A DNA stretch of 64,000 nucleotides, taken from the NCBI GenBank assembly GCA_016715365.1, contig JADKAM010000012.1:34785-98784 (forward strand), read 5' to 3'. A program made the translations under genes and the position numbers. The notes below the pieces were generated by a model. The model was not told where the DNA came from, ran no database searches, and saw only the letters and a program-made list of their open reading frames with translations. Shown here in pieces: positions 8,099 to 16,831 of this stretch (the stretch's first letter is position 1; the number at the start of each line of letters is the position of its first letter). Source of the DNA: Chitinophagaceae bacterium (GTDB lineage Bacteria; Bacteroidota; Bacteroidia; Chitinophagales; Chitinophagaceae).

Positions 8099-11035
8099 TT
8101 AAAACCTGTTTGGGAACTGTGTATTTAACAGGGCTTTATAACCTGCTATATTTTTATTGGTTTTAAGCAACTGCAGATTTGCTTCTGTAATAATTAAAAA
8201 AGAATACTTACTGGCCGGTAGCCAGGAAATTTCTGAAGCGGCATCTTTTTTTATTTTGTTATAGTAAACCATTGCTGCTGCGGCATCCGCAAATGAAGTA
8301 ATAACCAGTAAATTATTATCTGCATCCAATGCATCTTTGCTGATGTTGATGGTTTGGCCATAAAAATTCTCCCGGTTATACCTGATTAAGGCATTGCGGG
8401 CTTCAGTAATGTACACCTGGTCTACTTTATTTAATACCATAAGCACATGGTGCGGTGCATTAACTGCCATAACAAATGGTCCGCTGGTTAATGGAGGAGC
8501 CACTTTTGCAACGGTATCTTTAATTACAACCGGTGCCACTGGTTTGTTAACCGGCTTGGGTGTTTCGGGTGCTTTTAACTGGTTCTCTTCAGATCTTGTA
8601 ACCTCCAGGTTGGTCAGGTATTTTTCTATCTCGGCTCTTCTTTTCAACACATCAATCATGGTTTCAGCCTTTTCTTTAAGCGGAGATGTCGGGTTGTTGC
8701 TGATGATCAGCTGCAGGCCTTTTATAGCAGTACTGTCATCCCTGTTTTTTACATGATGCAATGCTTCAATGTACAACAATTGAGGGGTCCAGTAATTTAC
8801 GCCATACAGGCTGTCGGCCTTTTTCTTTTCAACCATTGCTTTTTCAAAATCACCTTCGATAAACAGGTTGTATATATCCTCGTATAATTTAGTGGCTTCG
8901 GGGTTTTTTGTTTTTGGATTTAATGTTGAAGGATTATTCAGCTTTTTACCGGCAACGGTATTTGCATAATTCCCGTTCAGCAGGTCTTTGTAATAAGCCG
9001 CTTTATCTTTAAGCCCCAGTTTTGTGTAGCAGAAATAAAGATTAAGGTATACATCGCCTTCCAGCAAACGGCTGGGGAAACGTTTTAAATAATCTTCGTA
9101 CGTATCAGCAGCCAGTTGATATTCTTCCAGGTCGTTTTGATAAGCCTGCGCCAGGATGATCATGTTCACCGCAATCACGTCATTACTTTCTTTAACCCGC
9201 TCTTCGGTTAAAGGAATGTCTTTCATTAATATATCAAAAGTAATTTCTGCGCTGCCGGCTGCATTGGGAGTACCGCCTGCATTTTTTCCACCAGACTTTG
9301 TATCCCCATTGTCGCCTGCAGCAACCGGGGTTGTATTGTTAATTAAAGCTTCTGCAGCAGCTTTACGCCGCCAGTTATCAACGTTTATCCTTTTGCCCCA
9401 TTTGCTTTTAAAATCGCTGAAGCCTCTTGATTTGAGTGAGTTGTTATTGAAGTACCATTCACCTTTGGTATTACCGGCAAAAAGATCAACCGGCTGCTGG
9501 TTATTGTTATTAAAAGGAGAGAGGTCTCCACCACCGCCACCGGCATTACCATCATCCTTGTAACCTTTTTCTTTGCGTAGTTTGCGTAATATTTTTTTAA
9601 GATATTCATCTCTTTCAGCAGCTGGCATCAGGGCAATGCGTTGTACACTGTCTTCTTTTTCAATTGCAGTGATGGCAGCAGCTATTTTTATTAAGGCCTC
9701 TTTTCTTTGCTGCACGGCAGCTATCTGTAAATTCAAAAGAGAATCTGGTCCGTTTTGTAAGCTATCATACATAGCGGCGGCAAGCCTGTATTGTTTGCGG
9801 CTGTAAGCTATGTCGCCCAGCTTAAGATAAGCCCTGTTCTTGTAATTGATATTGCTCTCGTTATATTTGAGGCTTTTGTTAAAAAAAACAATGGCAGCAT
9901 TTGTATCCGGTTTCTGCAGCGATAAATCGCCTGCTGAATAATACACGATATCGCGGTAAGCTTCATACTTATCCCTTCTTCCCATTTTTGCCAGGTTATC
10001 AATTGCTTTATCAAGCTCTTTGGGATTGCCATTGGTCCTGAGCATTTTTGCATCATTCAGCCTGGCGTGTATATCCATTAGCGGATCTACCGTATGTTTG
10101 GAAGCTTTGTCGTAATAAGACGATGCTTTATCAAAATTGCCATTCTTTTCGTAAAGTTGCGCCAGTAAAAACTCCCAGCGTGACTGGTCCTGTTTATTAT
10201 CGGCAGTGCTTAAAGCTCTTTCAAGATGCTTTGCAGTACTGTCATAAAAGCCCTGCTTAAAAAACCAGTATGCGTTTACCTCAGCCAGATCATTACGTAA
10301 TCTTTTTGGTAAATTAGGATCAACCTGTAAAGTATTTATAAGGCCTCCGGATTCTGCAAATTCACCCTGTTCAATTAAAGTACGTGCCAGCCAGAGTATG
10401 GCATCATTACGGCTGGGTGGCAGGGCTGTAAGTTTTTGTAAAACATTCCGCTTTTCTTTATTGGCAATTGAAATGGAATTGGTACCAACGATACGGTCAT
10501 CATCATCATTTTTTCTTTTGCGGGGGAAAAGATTGTAGTTGATGAACTGAAAAGTCATTAAAGCCGAATCAAAATCTTTGCGGAAATAATAGGCTTTGCC
10601 TATCAGCATATACATGTTATCAATCCAGTCGTTACGCAGATCGTGCAATAAGATGCCCGCCGTTGATGAAATGATAACCGAGTCGAGTTCTGTTTTTTGC
10701 GAAGAGGTACTCTCCAGTGTGTAAGGATAAAAAGCCAGCATGTTTGAATAATCATCTTTCAAACTCAACTTGGCCCGGTCAACAACAGTATTTACCCTGT
10801 TGTTGGCATTAAAGTAATAATTGTAGTGGGTGATATTGTTTTGATAAATATTACGGGGGACATTAAATTTTTTGTCCGCCGTTTTTTCTGAGCCCAGTTT
10901 TCTGTTCTCAAATTTTTCGGGCTTCTTTTGTTTGCCAAACGGTTCAAAGGTCCAGCTAGGCTGGCATATTGCAGGCATTGAAAATCCAAGCAATATCAAA
11001 AAAATAAATAACGGGCTTTTAGTTCTCTTCAGCAT
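8099..11035 (-). CDS. sprE: TPR protein, T9SS/gliding SprE (PorW)-like
   Basis: THYNYYFNAN N-terminal motif, WIDNMYMLIGKAYY, WYFNN...F..KWGKR.NVDNWRR signature, multiple TPRs. Lies next to bactofilin as in other Bacteroidota. Confidence 0.75.
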   Translation of the reverse strand: MLKRTKSPLFIFLILLGFSMPAICQPSWTFEPFGKQKKPEKFENRKLGSEKTADKKFNVPRNIYQNNITHYNYYFNANNRVNTVVDRAKLSLKDDYSNMLAFYPYTLESTSSQKTELDSVIISSTAGILLHDLRNDWIDNMYMLIGKAYYFRKDFDSALMTFQFINYNLFPRKRKNDDDDRIVGTNSISIANKEKRNVLQKLTALPPSRNDAILWLARTLIEQGEFAESGGLINTLQVDPNLPKRLRNDLAEVNAYWFFKQGFYDSTAKHLERALSTADNKQDQSRWEFLLAQLYEKNGNFDKASSYYDKASKHTVDPLMDIHARLNDAKMLRTNGNPKELDKAIDNLAKMGRRDKYEAYRDIVYYSAGDLSLQKPDTNAAIVFFNKSLKYNESNINYKNRAYLKLGDIAYSRKQYRLAAAMYDSLQNGPDSLLNLQIAAVQQRKEALIKIAAAITAIEKEDSVQRIALMPAAERDEYLKKILRKLRKEKGYKDDGNAGGGGGDLSPFNNNNQQPVDLFAGNTKGEWYFNNNSLKSRGFSDFKSKWGKRINVDNWRRKAAAEALINNTTPVAAGDNGDTKSGGKNAGGTPNAAGSAEITFDILMKDIPLTEERVKESNDVIAVNMIILAQAYQNDLEEYQLAADTYEDYLKRFPSRLLEGDVYLNLYFCYTKLGLKDKAAYYKDLLNGNYANTVAGKKLNNPSTLNPKTKNPEATKLYEDIYNLFIEGDFEKAMVEKKKADSLYGVNYWTPQLLYIEALHHVKNRDDSTAIKGLQLIISNNPTSPLKEKAETMIDVLKRRAEIEKYLTNLEVTRSEENQLKAPETPKPVNKPVAPVVIKDTVAKVAPPLTSGPFVMAVNAPHHVLMVLNKVDQVYITEARNALIRYNRENFYGQTINISKDALDADNNLLVITSFADAAAAMVYYNKIKKDAASEISWLPASKYSFLIITEANLQLLKTNKNIAGYKALLNTQFPNRF

Positions 11036-11161
11036 GAATCAAAAGGTTGAATAACGGGGCTAAATATCGGTTATTTTTGGTAATTACGGCTTATAGTGGC
11101 CCCGTTTTAATTTAGTTTAACTAAATATTTAAGAAGGAGTAACCACAAATTAAATTGTTAG

Positions 11162-11227
11162 TCACGAATTACACGAATTTGCACGTATTAACAGGCAGAT
11201 TTCGTGTTAATTAGTGCCATTCGTGGC
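11162..11227. repeat. CACGAATTACACGAAT-type 10/11-mer tandem inverted repeat (REP-like hairpin)
   Basis: cacgaattacacgaatttgcacgtatt ... atttcgtgttaattagtgccattcgtg. Related copies at 29218-29313 and 55558-55696. Confidence 0.75.
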
Positions 11228-11356
11228 AAAGAAAAAACGGCAAAGCAGTTTCAAAGTTCAATTAGTTTGTATAAGTGTCATATTATATAGCCTTTCAGCC
11301 TTTTTTAGGTTGCTTTTTCACCTGCATTTCTTAATTTTAAGGTTCAACAAAAAAAT

Positions 11357-11755
11357 ATGGCAAAACTTGATGCCAACAGCACTTTAAAACGTTTGCAAAA
11401 CCGATACAGGCTGGTGGTTATGAATGAAGATACCTATGAAGAGGTTGTAAAATTTAAACTTAGCCGTTTGAGTGTTTATATATTTTTAAGCACTGTTTTT
11501 GTTGTTTTGGTGGGACTCATCATTGCTTTATTGGTTTTTACGCCTTTAAAATACTATTTACCAGGTACTGGCTACGGAAATGCCAAACAGATGCGGGAAT
11601 ATAAAGAACTAACGATGAGAACCGATTCAATAGAGAAAGATTTGCGGTTTAAGCAGAAATATTATGAAGACCTGCATAAAGTATTAACGGGGAACCTTCC
11701 GGTTATGGATACCAACAAACTGGACCTGCCCAAGGTGGAGAATATAAAAGAGTAA
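11357..11755 (+). CDS. Membrane protein resembling the N-terminal (cytoplasmic tail + TM + coiled-coil) part of Bacteroidota M23 peptidases, with no catalytic domain
   Basis: RYRLVVMNEDTYEEV..FKLSRL + TM + FTPLKYYLPG matches the usual M23 N-terminus. It stops at 132 aa, 27 nt before bactofilin, with no HxxxD/HxH. Confidence 0.65.
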   Translation: MAKLDANSTLKRLQNRYRLVVMNEDTYEEVVKFKLSRLSVYIFLSTVFVVLVGLIIALLVFTPLKYYLPGTGYGNAKQMREYKELTMRTDSIEKDLRFKQKYYEDLHKVLTGNLPVMDTNKLDLPKVENIKE

Positions 11756-11782
11756 TTTTTTAATAACTAAAACCTCAGCTAT

Positions 11783-12187
11783 ATGTTTAATTCAAAATCC
11801 AGGTCATCTTTTGATGCAAACCCAGCCAGTGACAGCACTATGATTGGCGCAGGTACTACCATAAACGGCGATATGGAAAGTAACGGCGATATACGTATTG
11901 ACGGTATTTTAAAAGGCAACCTGAAAGGAAAAGCAAAGATCATTATTGGTGCGGAGGGCGTAGTAGAAGGTAATATAGAAGGATTGCAGGCTGATATTAT
12001 GGGCCATGTAACCGGTACCATTAAAGTACAGGAACTTTTATTCCTGCACGGTAAAACCCAGGTGAACGGTGATATTTATGCTGGAAAACTACAGGTTGAA
12101 CCTACTGCTGTTTTTAACGGCAACTGTCATATGGGTGCCAATGTGGTAGAGCTTAAAAAAGAAGTGGCGAATGCCATCAATCTATAA
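11783..12187 (+). CDS. Bactofilin (polymer-forming cytoskeletal protein, CcmA family)
   Basis: TMIGAGTTINGDMESNGDIRIDG...G.V.GNI...F.G.C.M beta-helix repeats. Confidence 0.95.
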   Translation: MFNSKSRSSFDANPASDSTMIGAGTTINGDMESNGDIRIDGILKGNLKGKAKIIIGAEGVVEGNIEGLQADIMGHVTGTIKVQELLFLHGKTQVNGDIYAGKLQVEPTAVFNGNCHMGANVVELKKEVANAINL

Positions 12188-12197
12188 AAAATATTTG

Positions 12198-12593
12198 ATG
12201 AACCTGAGTTTTAAAACAGTACTTCCTTTGGTTATTACTTTTTTGGTTTTAACCGTTATCATTTTTGCAGGCAATATTTTTTATAAAGAAAAGGGGATTG
12301 ATTACGGGGTGCTGATGGGAGGCAACTGCCTGTTTTTCCTGGTGAGTCTTTTTGTTTTCAGGATGCAGTACGTAGCCATGTACAACAACAATCCCAATGT
12401 TTTTATACGCAGTGTAATGGGCGGCATGATCATTAAAGTGTTTGCCTGTGTAATTGCAGTGGTGGCCTATTATTTTATAAGCAAAGGCGCATTTAACAAG
12501 CCGGCTGTGTATGCATCTATGGTTATTTACATTGTGTACCTGGTGGTTGAAGTAAGAACCATCATGAATCTGAACAAAACAAAAAATGCCTAA
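12198..12593 (+). CDS. Four-TM membrane protein, AtpI-like family usually found upstream of atpB in Bacteroidota
   Basis: Four hydrophobic segments, NPNVFIRSVMGGMIIKVF motif, position after bactofilin. Confidence 0.55.
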   Translation: MNLSFKTVLPLVITFLVLTVIIFAGNIFYKEKGIDYGVLMGGNCLFFLVSLFVFRMQYVAMYNNNPNVFIRSVMGGMIIKVFACVIAVVAYYFISKGAFNKPAVYASMVIYIVYLVVEVRTIMNLNKTKNA

Positions 12594-13203
12594 GCAGGAA
12601 GCCCCGCTTTTACAGTTACAGGATTACTTGCCCGATGGAAGTTTTGAGAAAGTGCTTTACTACCTGCAGCATCATAAAGTGCATCTTACCATCAGCCGTA
12701 AAAGACAAAGCATACTGGGCGATTACCGCCATGCACATTCCGATAAAAATCACCGCATCAGTGTTAATGGCAACTTAAACAAATATGCATTCCTCATTAC
12801 TTTATTGCACGAACTTGCCCATCTTTTTACGTATGAGAGATACGGCCACCGGGTACAGGCCCATGGCAGGGAATGGAAAGATGAGTTTGGGAAAATACTG
12901 GCAGAGTTTTTATTGAAGAAAATATTTCCAGCCGATATAGAAAAGGCTTTGTACAATACCCTGCGTAACCCTGCAGCCAGCAGTTGTGGTGATGAGAAAT
13001 TGCTAAGGGTTTTGCACAATTACGATGATAAACCAGCCGGTGTGCATTTGGTAGAACAATTACCTGAAGGAACTTTGTTTGTTATTAAAGGCGGCCGCGT
13101 TTTTAAAAAGGGCGAAAAAATAAGAAAGCGGTTTAAATGTGTGGAAGTAAAGACCGGGAAATTTTATCTGTTTAGTGCGGTGTATGAAGTGGAGTTGGTG
13201 TAA
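12586..13203 (+). CDS. sprT: SprT-like zinc metalloprotease
   Basis: LGDYR, FLITLLHELAHL (HExxH), HGREWK, and C-terminal F.KGEKIRKRFKC. Confidence 0.88.
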   Translation: MPKQEAPLLQLQDYLPDGSFEKVLYYLQHHKVHLTISRKRQSILGDYRHAHSDKNHRISVNGNLNKYAFLITLLHELAHLFTYERYGHRVQAHGREWKDEFGKILAEFLLKKIFPADIEKALYNTLRNPAASSCGDEKLLRVLHNYDDKPAGVHLVEQLPEGTLFVIKGGRVFKKGEKIRKRFKCVEVKTGKFYLFSAVYEVELV

Positions 13204-13211
13204 TATGATTC

Positions 13212-13724
13212 TTACAATTCTTTTATCATCCACACATCACAACCCGTATGTCCGCTGCTGCCCTGTGCTGCCGGTAAATAAGTAAAACCCAGTTTTTCAT
13301 ACATGGGTATGGCAATGGTTAATTCGGGCATGGTTTCTAAGTACATTTTTTTATAGCCCATTTCCCGGGCGGCGGCTATACATTGTTGCAGCAATGTTTT
13401 TCCCAACCCTTTGCCACGGGCTTTGGATGATAAATACAGTTTCACCAGTTCACAAGTGCCTTCGGGTAAATTAGCAGTTGGGTAAATGCCGCTGCCGCCC
13501 AAAATTGCTCCCTGCCCGACTCCGTCATTCAGGCGGGCATCCTGTTCTGCTACAAAATAAATACTGCCGGCTGTTTTAAAAACTTCTGATAAATGATCGG
13601 TTGTTTCATCAAAATAAACAGTACCGGGTTTATTGGCCTTAAATTCTGTAAGCGTATCCCTGATGATTGTTGCCAGTGCCTTATCATCGCCCGGCTGTAT
13701 GGTTCTTATTATAAAGTCATGCAT
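13212..13724 (-). CDS. GNAT N-acetyltransferase (with an in-frame palindromic insertion)
   Basis: CELVKLYLSSKARGKGLG, MYLETMPEL..A..MYEKLGF. Confidence 0.92.
   Translation of the reverse strand: MHDFIIRTIQPGDDKALATIIRDTLTEFKANKPGTVYFDETTDHLSEVFKTAGSIYFVAEQDARLNDGVGQGAILGGSGIYPTANLPEGTCELVKLYLSSKARGKGLGKTLLQQCIAAAREMGYKKMYLETMPELTIAIPMYEKLGFTYLPAAQGSSGHTGCDVWMIKEL
13511..13540. repeat. REP-like palindrome inside the GNAT CDS
   Basis: CCTGCCCG-actccgtcattcagg-CGGGCA; encodes DARLNDGVG on the minus strand. Confidence 0.6.
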
Positions 13725-13892
13725 TTTTTAAAAAAATATTGTTTATTCAAACCTATGTAATTTTTTAAAACATTGAACAACATGGATACCTGGTTGTTCA
13801 TTCAATTGTCATCACAACATAGCATAAATTATTTAGTTAATACCGTTTAGTGAAAATCAATTATTTTCGGTATTCTTATAACAAACAGAAAC

Positions 13893-14444
13893 TTGCCTGA
13901 TACATTAAAATACAGTGAAGAAGAACTGGTGATGCTGCTGCAAAGCAGGGATCAGCAGGCGTTTTCGTACCTGTATGATAATTATTCGGCTGCTTTAAAC
14001 GGTATTATTTACCGCATGGTTGAAGACCGTGAGCTGGCCGAGGATATTTTGCAGGAAGCTTTTGTGAAGATCTGGAACAACTTTTCCAGTTATGATACCG
14101 GCAAGGGGCGTTTGTTTACCTGGATGCTGAATATTACCCGTAACCTAACGATTGATACATTACGCAGCAAAGGCTATAAAAAACAGGGTAAAATCTCAAG
14201 TGATGAGAATTCCGTAAGTAATCTCACCGATGACACACGTATGGCCGAACGCTTTGATGCGATGGGAATCAGAAAACAACTGGTAAATTTAAAGCCCGAA
14301 CAACGAAGTATAATTGACCTGGCATATTTTAACGGCTACACACAGGATGAAATTTCAAAAGAAATGGGAATACCTTTGGGCACGGTTAAAACCAGGATGA
14401 GGGCGGCTATTATTGAATTAAGAAAAATGTTAGAACATAATTAA
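13893..14444 (+). CDS. ECF RNA polymerase sigma factor (SigK-like), TTG start
   Basis: Region 2 AEDILQEAFVKIW...FTWMLNITRN; region 4 LAYFNGYTQDEIS..MGIPLGTVKTR. Confidence 0.93.
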   Translation: MPDTLKYSEEELVMLLQSRDQQAFSYLYDNYSAALNGIIYRMVEDRELAEDILQEAFVKIWNNFSSYDTGKGRLFTWMLNITRNLTIDTLRSKGYKKQGKISSDENSVSNLTDDTRMAERFDAMGIRKQLVNLKPEQRSIIDLAYFNGYTQDEISKEMGIPLGTVKTRMRAAIIELRKMLEHN

Positions 14445-14445
14445 A

Positions 14446-15249
14446 TTGAACGCACAGGAAATCATATCATCGGGCATATTGGAGCTCTATTGCATGGGGC
14501 TTAGTTCGGCAGCAGAAACCGCCGAGGTAGCAGCATGGGCCAAACAATATCCTGAAGTAGCTGCAGAAATTGAAGTGATTCAATCAGGCCTGGAGAGTTA
14601 TGCCCAAACACATGCGGTTGCTCCGGCTGCATCAGTAAAAGAAAAATTATTTGCAGCCATTAATACAAATGAAGCTGCACCGGTTGTTAATATAAAAACA
14701 GCAGAAAAAACAACGGCAAAGGTTTATTCCATTTCTCCGGCCTGGAAATATGCAGCGGCTGCCAGTGTGATATTATTGGTTGGAAGCCTCCTTTTGAATT
14801 ATACTTTCTACAATAAATATCAATCGGCTAATAAAGAACTGGCATCAACACAGAATGAGTTACAACAGCAAATAACATCTGCTCAGTCCATGGATAGTGC
14901 CATAGATATAATGGGCGATATGCATGCAACGCAAGTTGTTGCTAAAAGTGTTGATACTACCGCCGATATGGGAGCCAGAATTTACTGGATGAAAAATACC
15001 CATGAGGTTTATGTTGATCCGGCGAATTTACCAAAGGCACCGGAAGGCAAACAATATGAATTTTGGGCAATCGTTGAAGGAGCGCCTGTTAACGGTGGTG
15101 TTATTACCACAGAAATAAACGGCAAAAAAGTTCATGTTCAGAAAATGAAGAGCTTTGGTAAAGTACAGGCATTTGCAATCTCTTTAGAAGATGCCGGTCC
15201 TGCAAAAGCAAAACCAGATAAAGTGATGGCTGTAGGTAGTAGTATATAA
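14446..15249 (+). CDS. Anti-sigma factor, RskA (anti-SigK) family
   Basis: N-terminal helical domain, single TM (WKYAAAASVILL), RskA C-terminus QYEFWAI...FAISLE. Confidence 0.88.
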   Translation: MNAQEIISSGILELYCMGLSSAAETAEVAAWAKQYPEVAAEIEVIQSGLESYAQTHAVAPAASVKEKLFAAINTNEAAPVVNIKTAEKTTAKVYSISPAWKYAAAASVILLVGSLLLNYTFYNKYQSANKELASTQNELQQQITSAQSMDSAIDIMGDMHATQVVAKSVDTTADMGARIYWMKNTHEVYVDPANLPKAPEGKQYEFWAIVEGAPVNGGVITTEINGKKVHVQKMKSFGKVQAFAISLEDAGPAKAKPDKVMAVGSSI

Positions 15250-15276
15250 CGCTTTCAGATTGTAATAAATATTTTT

Positions 15277-15308
15277 AACCGGGCTGTTCTCAACAGCCCG
15301 GTTTTATT
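15277..15308 (+). terminator. Rho-independent terminator after the anti-sigma gene
   Basis: AACCGGGCTGTT-ctc-AACAGCCCGGTT plus T-tract. Confidence 0.88.
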
Positions 15309-15408
15309 TGCATCATCGGGATAAAAAAAATCTAAAAATAAATCCAACCCTTTTCATCTGCCGTACATGATGTTGAAATCATTTTTTAAAAAAAATAAAA
15401 TCAACATT

Positions 15409-15969
15409 ATGAAACAGATTAAAAAATTTCTTTTTGTAGCAGCCGCAGTTATGTTTGTAAATGCTTCTTTTGCTCAAAGCGAAAAAACAGTGATGGTTGG
15501 CGGAGCAGCCATGTACCCATCAAAAAATATTGTAGAAAATGCCGTTAACAGTAAAGACCATACCACCTTGGTTGCTGCTGTTAAAGCTGCAGGGCTGGTA
15601 GAAACTTTACAAAGCGCAGGCCCCTTCACCGTATTTGCCCCAACCAATACCGCATTTGACATGTTACCGGCCGGAACAGTAGATAATTTATTAATGACAG
15701 CAAGCAAACCTGCATTAACAACTGTATTAACGTATCATGTTGTTGCCGGTAAATGGAATGCAGCAGACATCGCCAAATTAATAAAAGAGGGTAATGGTAC
15801 GGCCCAGGTAAAAACAGTGGCCGGTAAAAATTTATGGATCTATATGGAAGGAAAGAAAGTTGCCATTAAAGATGAAAATGGAGGTGTGGCTTATGTAACC
15901 ATTAAAGATGTTAACCAAAGCAACGGAGTGATACATGTGATAGATCATGTGCTGTTGCCTAAAATGTAA
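15409..15969 (+). CDS. Fasciclin (FAS1) domain secreted protein, MPB70/MPT83-like
   Basis: Signal peptide, TLVAAVKAAGLVETL...FTVFAPTN.AF, LTYHVV, SNGVIHVIDHVLLP. Confidence 0.95.
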   Translation: MKQIKKFLFVAAAVMFVNASFAQSEKTVMVGGAAMYPSKNIVENAVNSKDHTTLVAAVKAAGLVETLQSAGPFTVFAPTNTAFDMLPAGTVDNLLMTASKPALTTVLTYHVVAGKWNAADIAKLIKEGNGTAQVKTVAGKNLWIYMEGKKVAIKDENGGVAYVTIKDVNQSNGVIHVIDHVLLPKM

Positions 15970-16106
15970 TACCATTTTGATTTACGAATAGTCCGAAGGA
16001 CTAAGAGAAAATCTTAGATGGTAATATGCCGATAGAAAAGCGGCTGGAATCTCTAAGTATATCGCATCGGAATAAGTTAAGAGTTAGATTAAGAGTTAAT
16101 AATGAA

Positions 16107-16140
16107 AAAGCCCCGCTGTTTTTACAGTGGGGCTTTGCTT
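16107..16140. terminator. Terminator between fasciclin and the convergent GNAT
   Basis: AAAGCCCCGCTGT-tttt-ACAGTGGGGCTTT. Confidence 0.85.
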
Positions 16141-16155
16141 TACTGTAACATTTTA

Positions 16156-16707
16156 TTATTTATTCAGTAAAGAATAAATGGCTGAATCAATAAATTTACC
16201 CCTGAAAAAAAAGTCTTCTTTAAAATAGGCTTCTCTTACAAAACCGGTTTTTTCAAGCAGCTTTCCCGAAGCAGTATTATCCGGGTTGATATGCGCTTCA
16301 ATGCTGTGCAGTTTCATTTGATTGAATCCAAAATCAATGGCAGCTAACAGGGCTTCCTTCATAATGCCCTTACCCCAAAAAGAGGGATGCAGCATATAAC
16401 CAATCTCCGAACGGTAATGCTTATTGATGATCCTCCAGAAACCAATATTGCCAATTAAAGTATCAGGTTTATCCTGCAAAGCAATGGCCCACATGACACT
16501 TTCATTTTTATCGATGTTGGCATTTACTATTTGAATAAATGCAAGTGCTTCTTCCAGCGATTTTGGTTTTTCACGGTCAATGTATTTCATCACCGTTTCA
16601 TCCGATCTGAGAAACAATAATTCAGGCGCATCTGCATCGGTAATCCTTCTAAGTAATAATCTTTCGGTTTTTATTTCCGGAAAAGGGGAGAAGTTTAGCT
16701 CAAGCAT
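16156..16707 (-). CDS. RimJ/RimL family GNAT acetyltransferase
   Basis: IKTERLLLR, EIGYMLHPSFWGKGIMKEA, N.AS.KLLEKTGF..EAYF. ATG at 16707. Confidence 0.92.
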   Translation of the reverse strand: MLELNFSPFPEIKTERLLLRRITDADAPELLFLRSDETVMKYIDREKPKSLEEALAFIQIVNANIDKNESVMWAIALQDKPDTLIGNIGFWRIINKHYRSEIGYMLHPSFWGKGIMKEALLAAIDFGFNQMKLHSIEAHINPDNTASGKLLEKTGFVREAYFKEDFFFRGKFIDSAIYSLLNK

Positions 16708-16777
16708 ATAAAGCGGCAATTTTGTGCAGTAAAATAAGTAATTTATAATCAATAGCATGTTTTGTTATCAAATTCAA

Positions 16778-16806
16778 TAAAAAAATCCCGCAACGAGGCG
16801 GGATGC
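16778..16806 (-). terminator. Terminator of the small minus-strand gene
   Basis: Minus strand GCATCCCGC-ctcgtt-GCGGGATTTTTTT. Confidence 0.8.
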
Positions 16807-16831
16807 AAAACTGAATTTTTCATATAATTAT

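Noticed and set aside
8394-10260. Several 70-135-aa ORFs antisense to sprE, and similar shadows opposite sucC, pyk, ABC-F, GH20 and PBP1A
   Set aside because: Fully nested opposite well-supported genes, with no motifs.
11756-11782. Frameshifted continuation of the M23-like gene
   Set aside because: Only 27 nt separate it from bactofilin and no M23 motifs occur in any frame.
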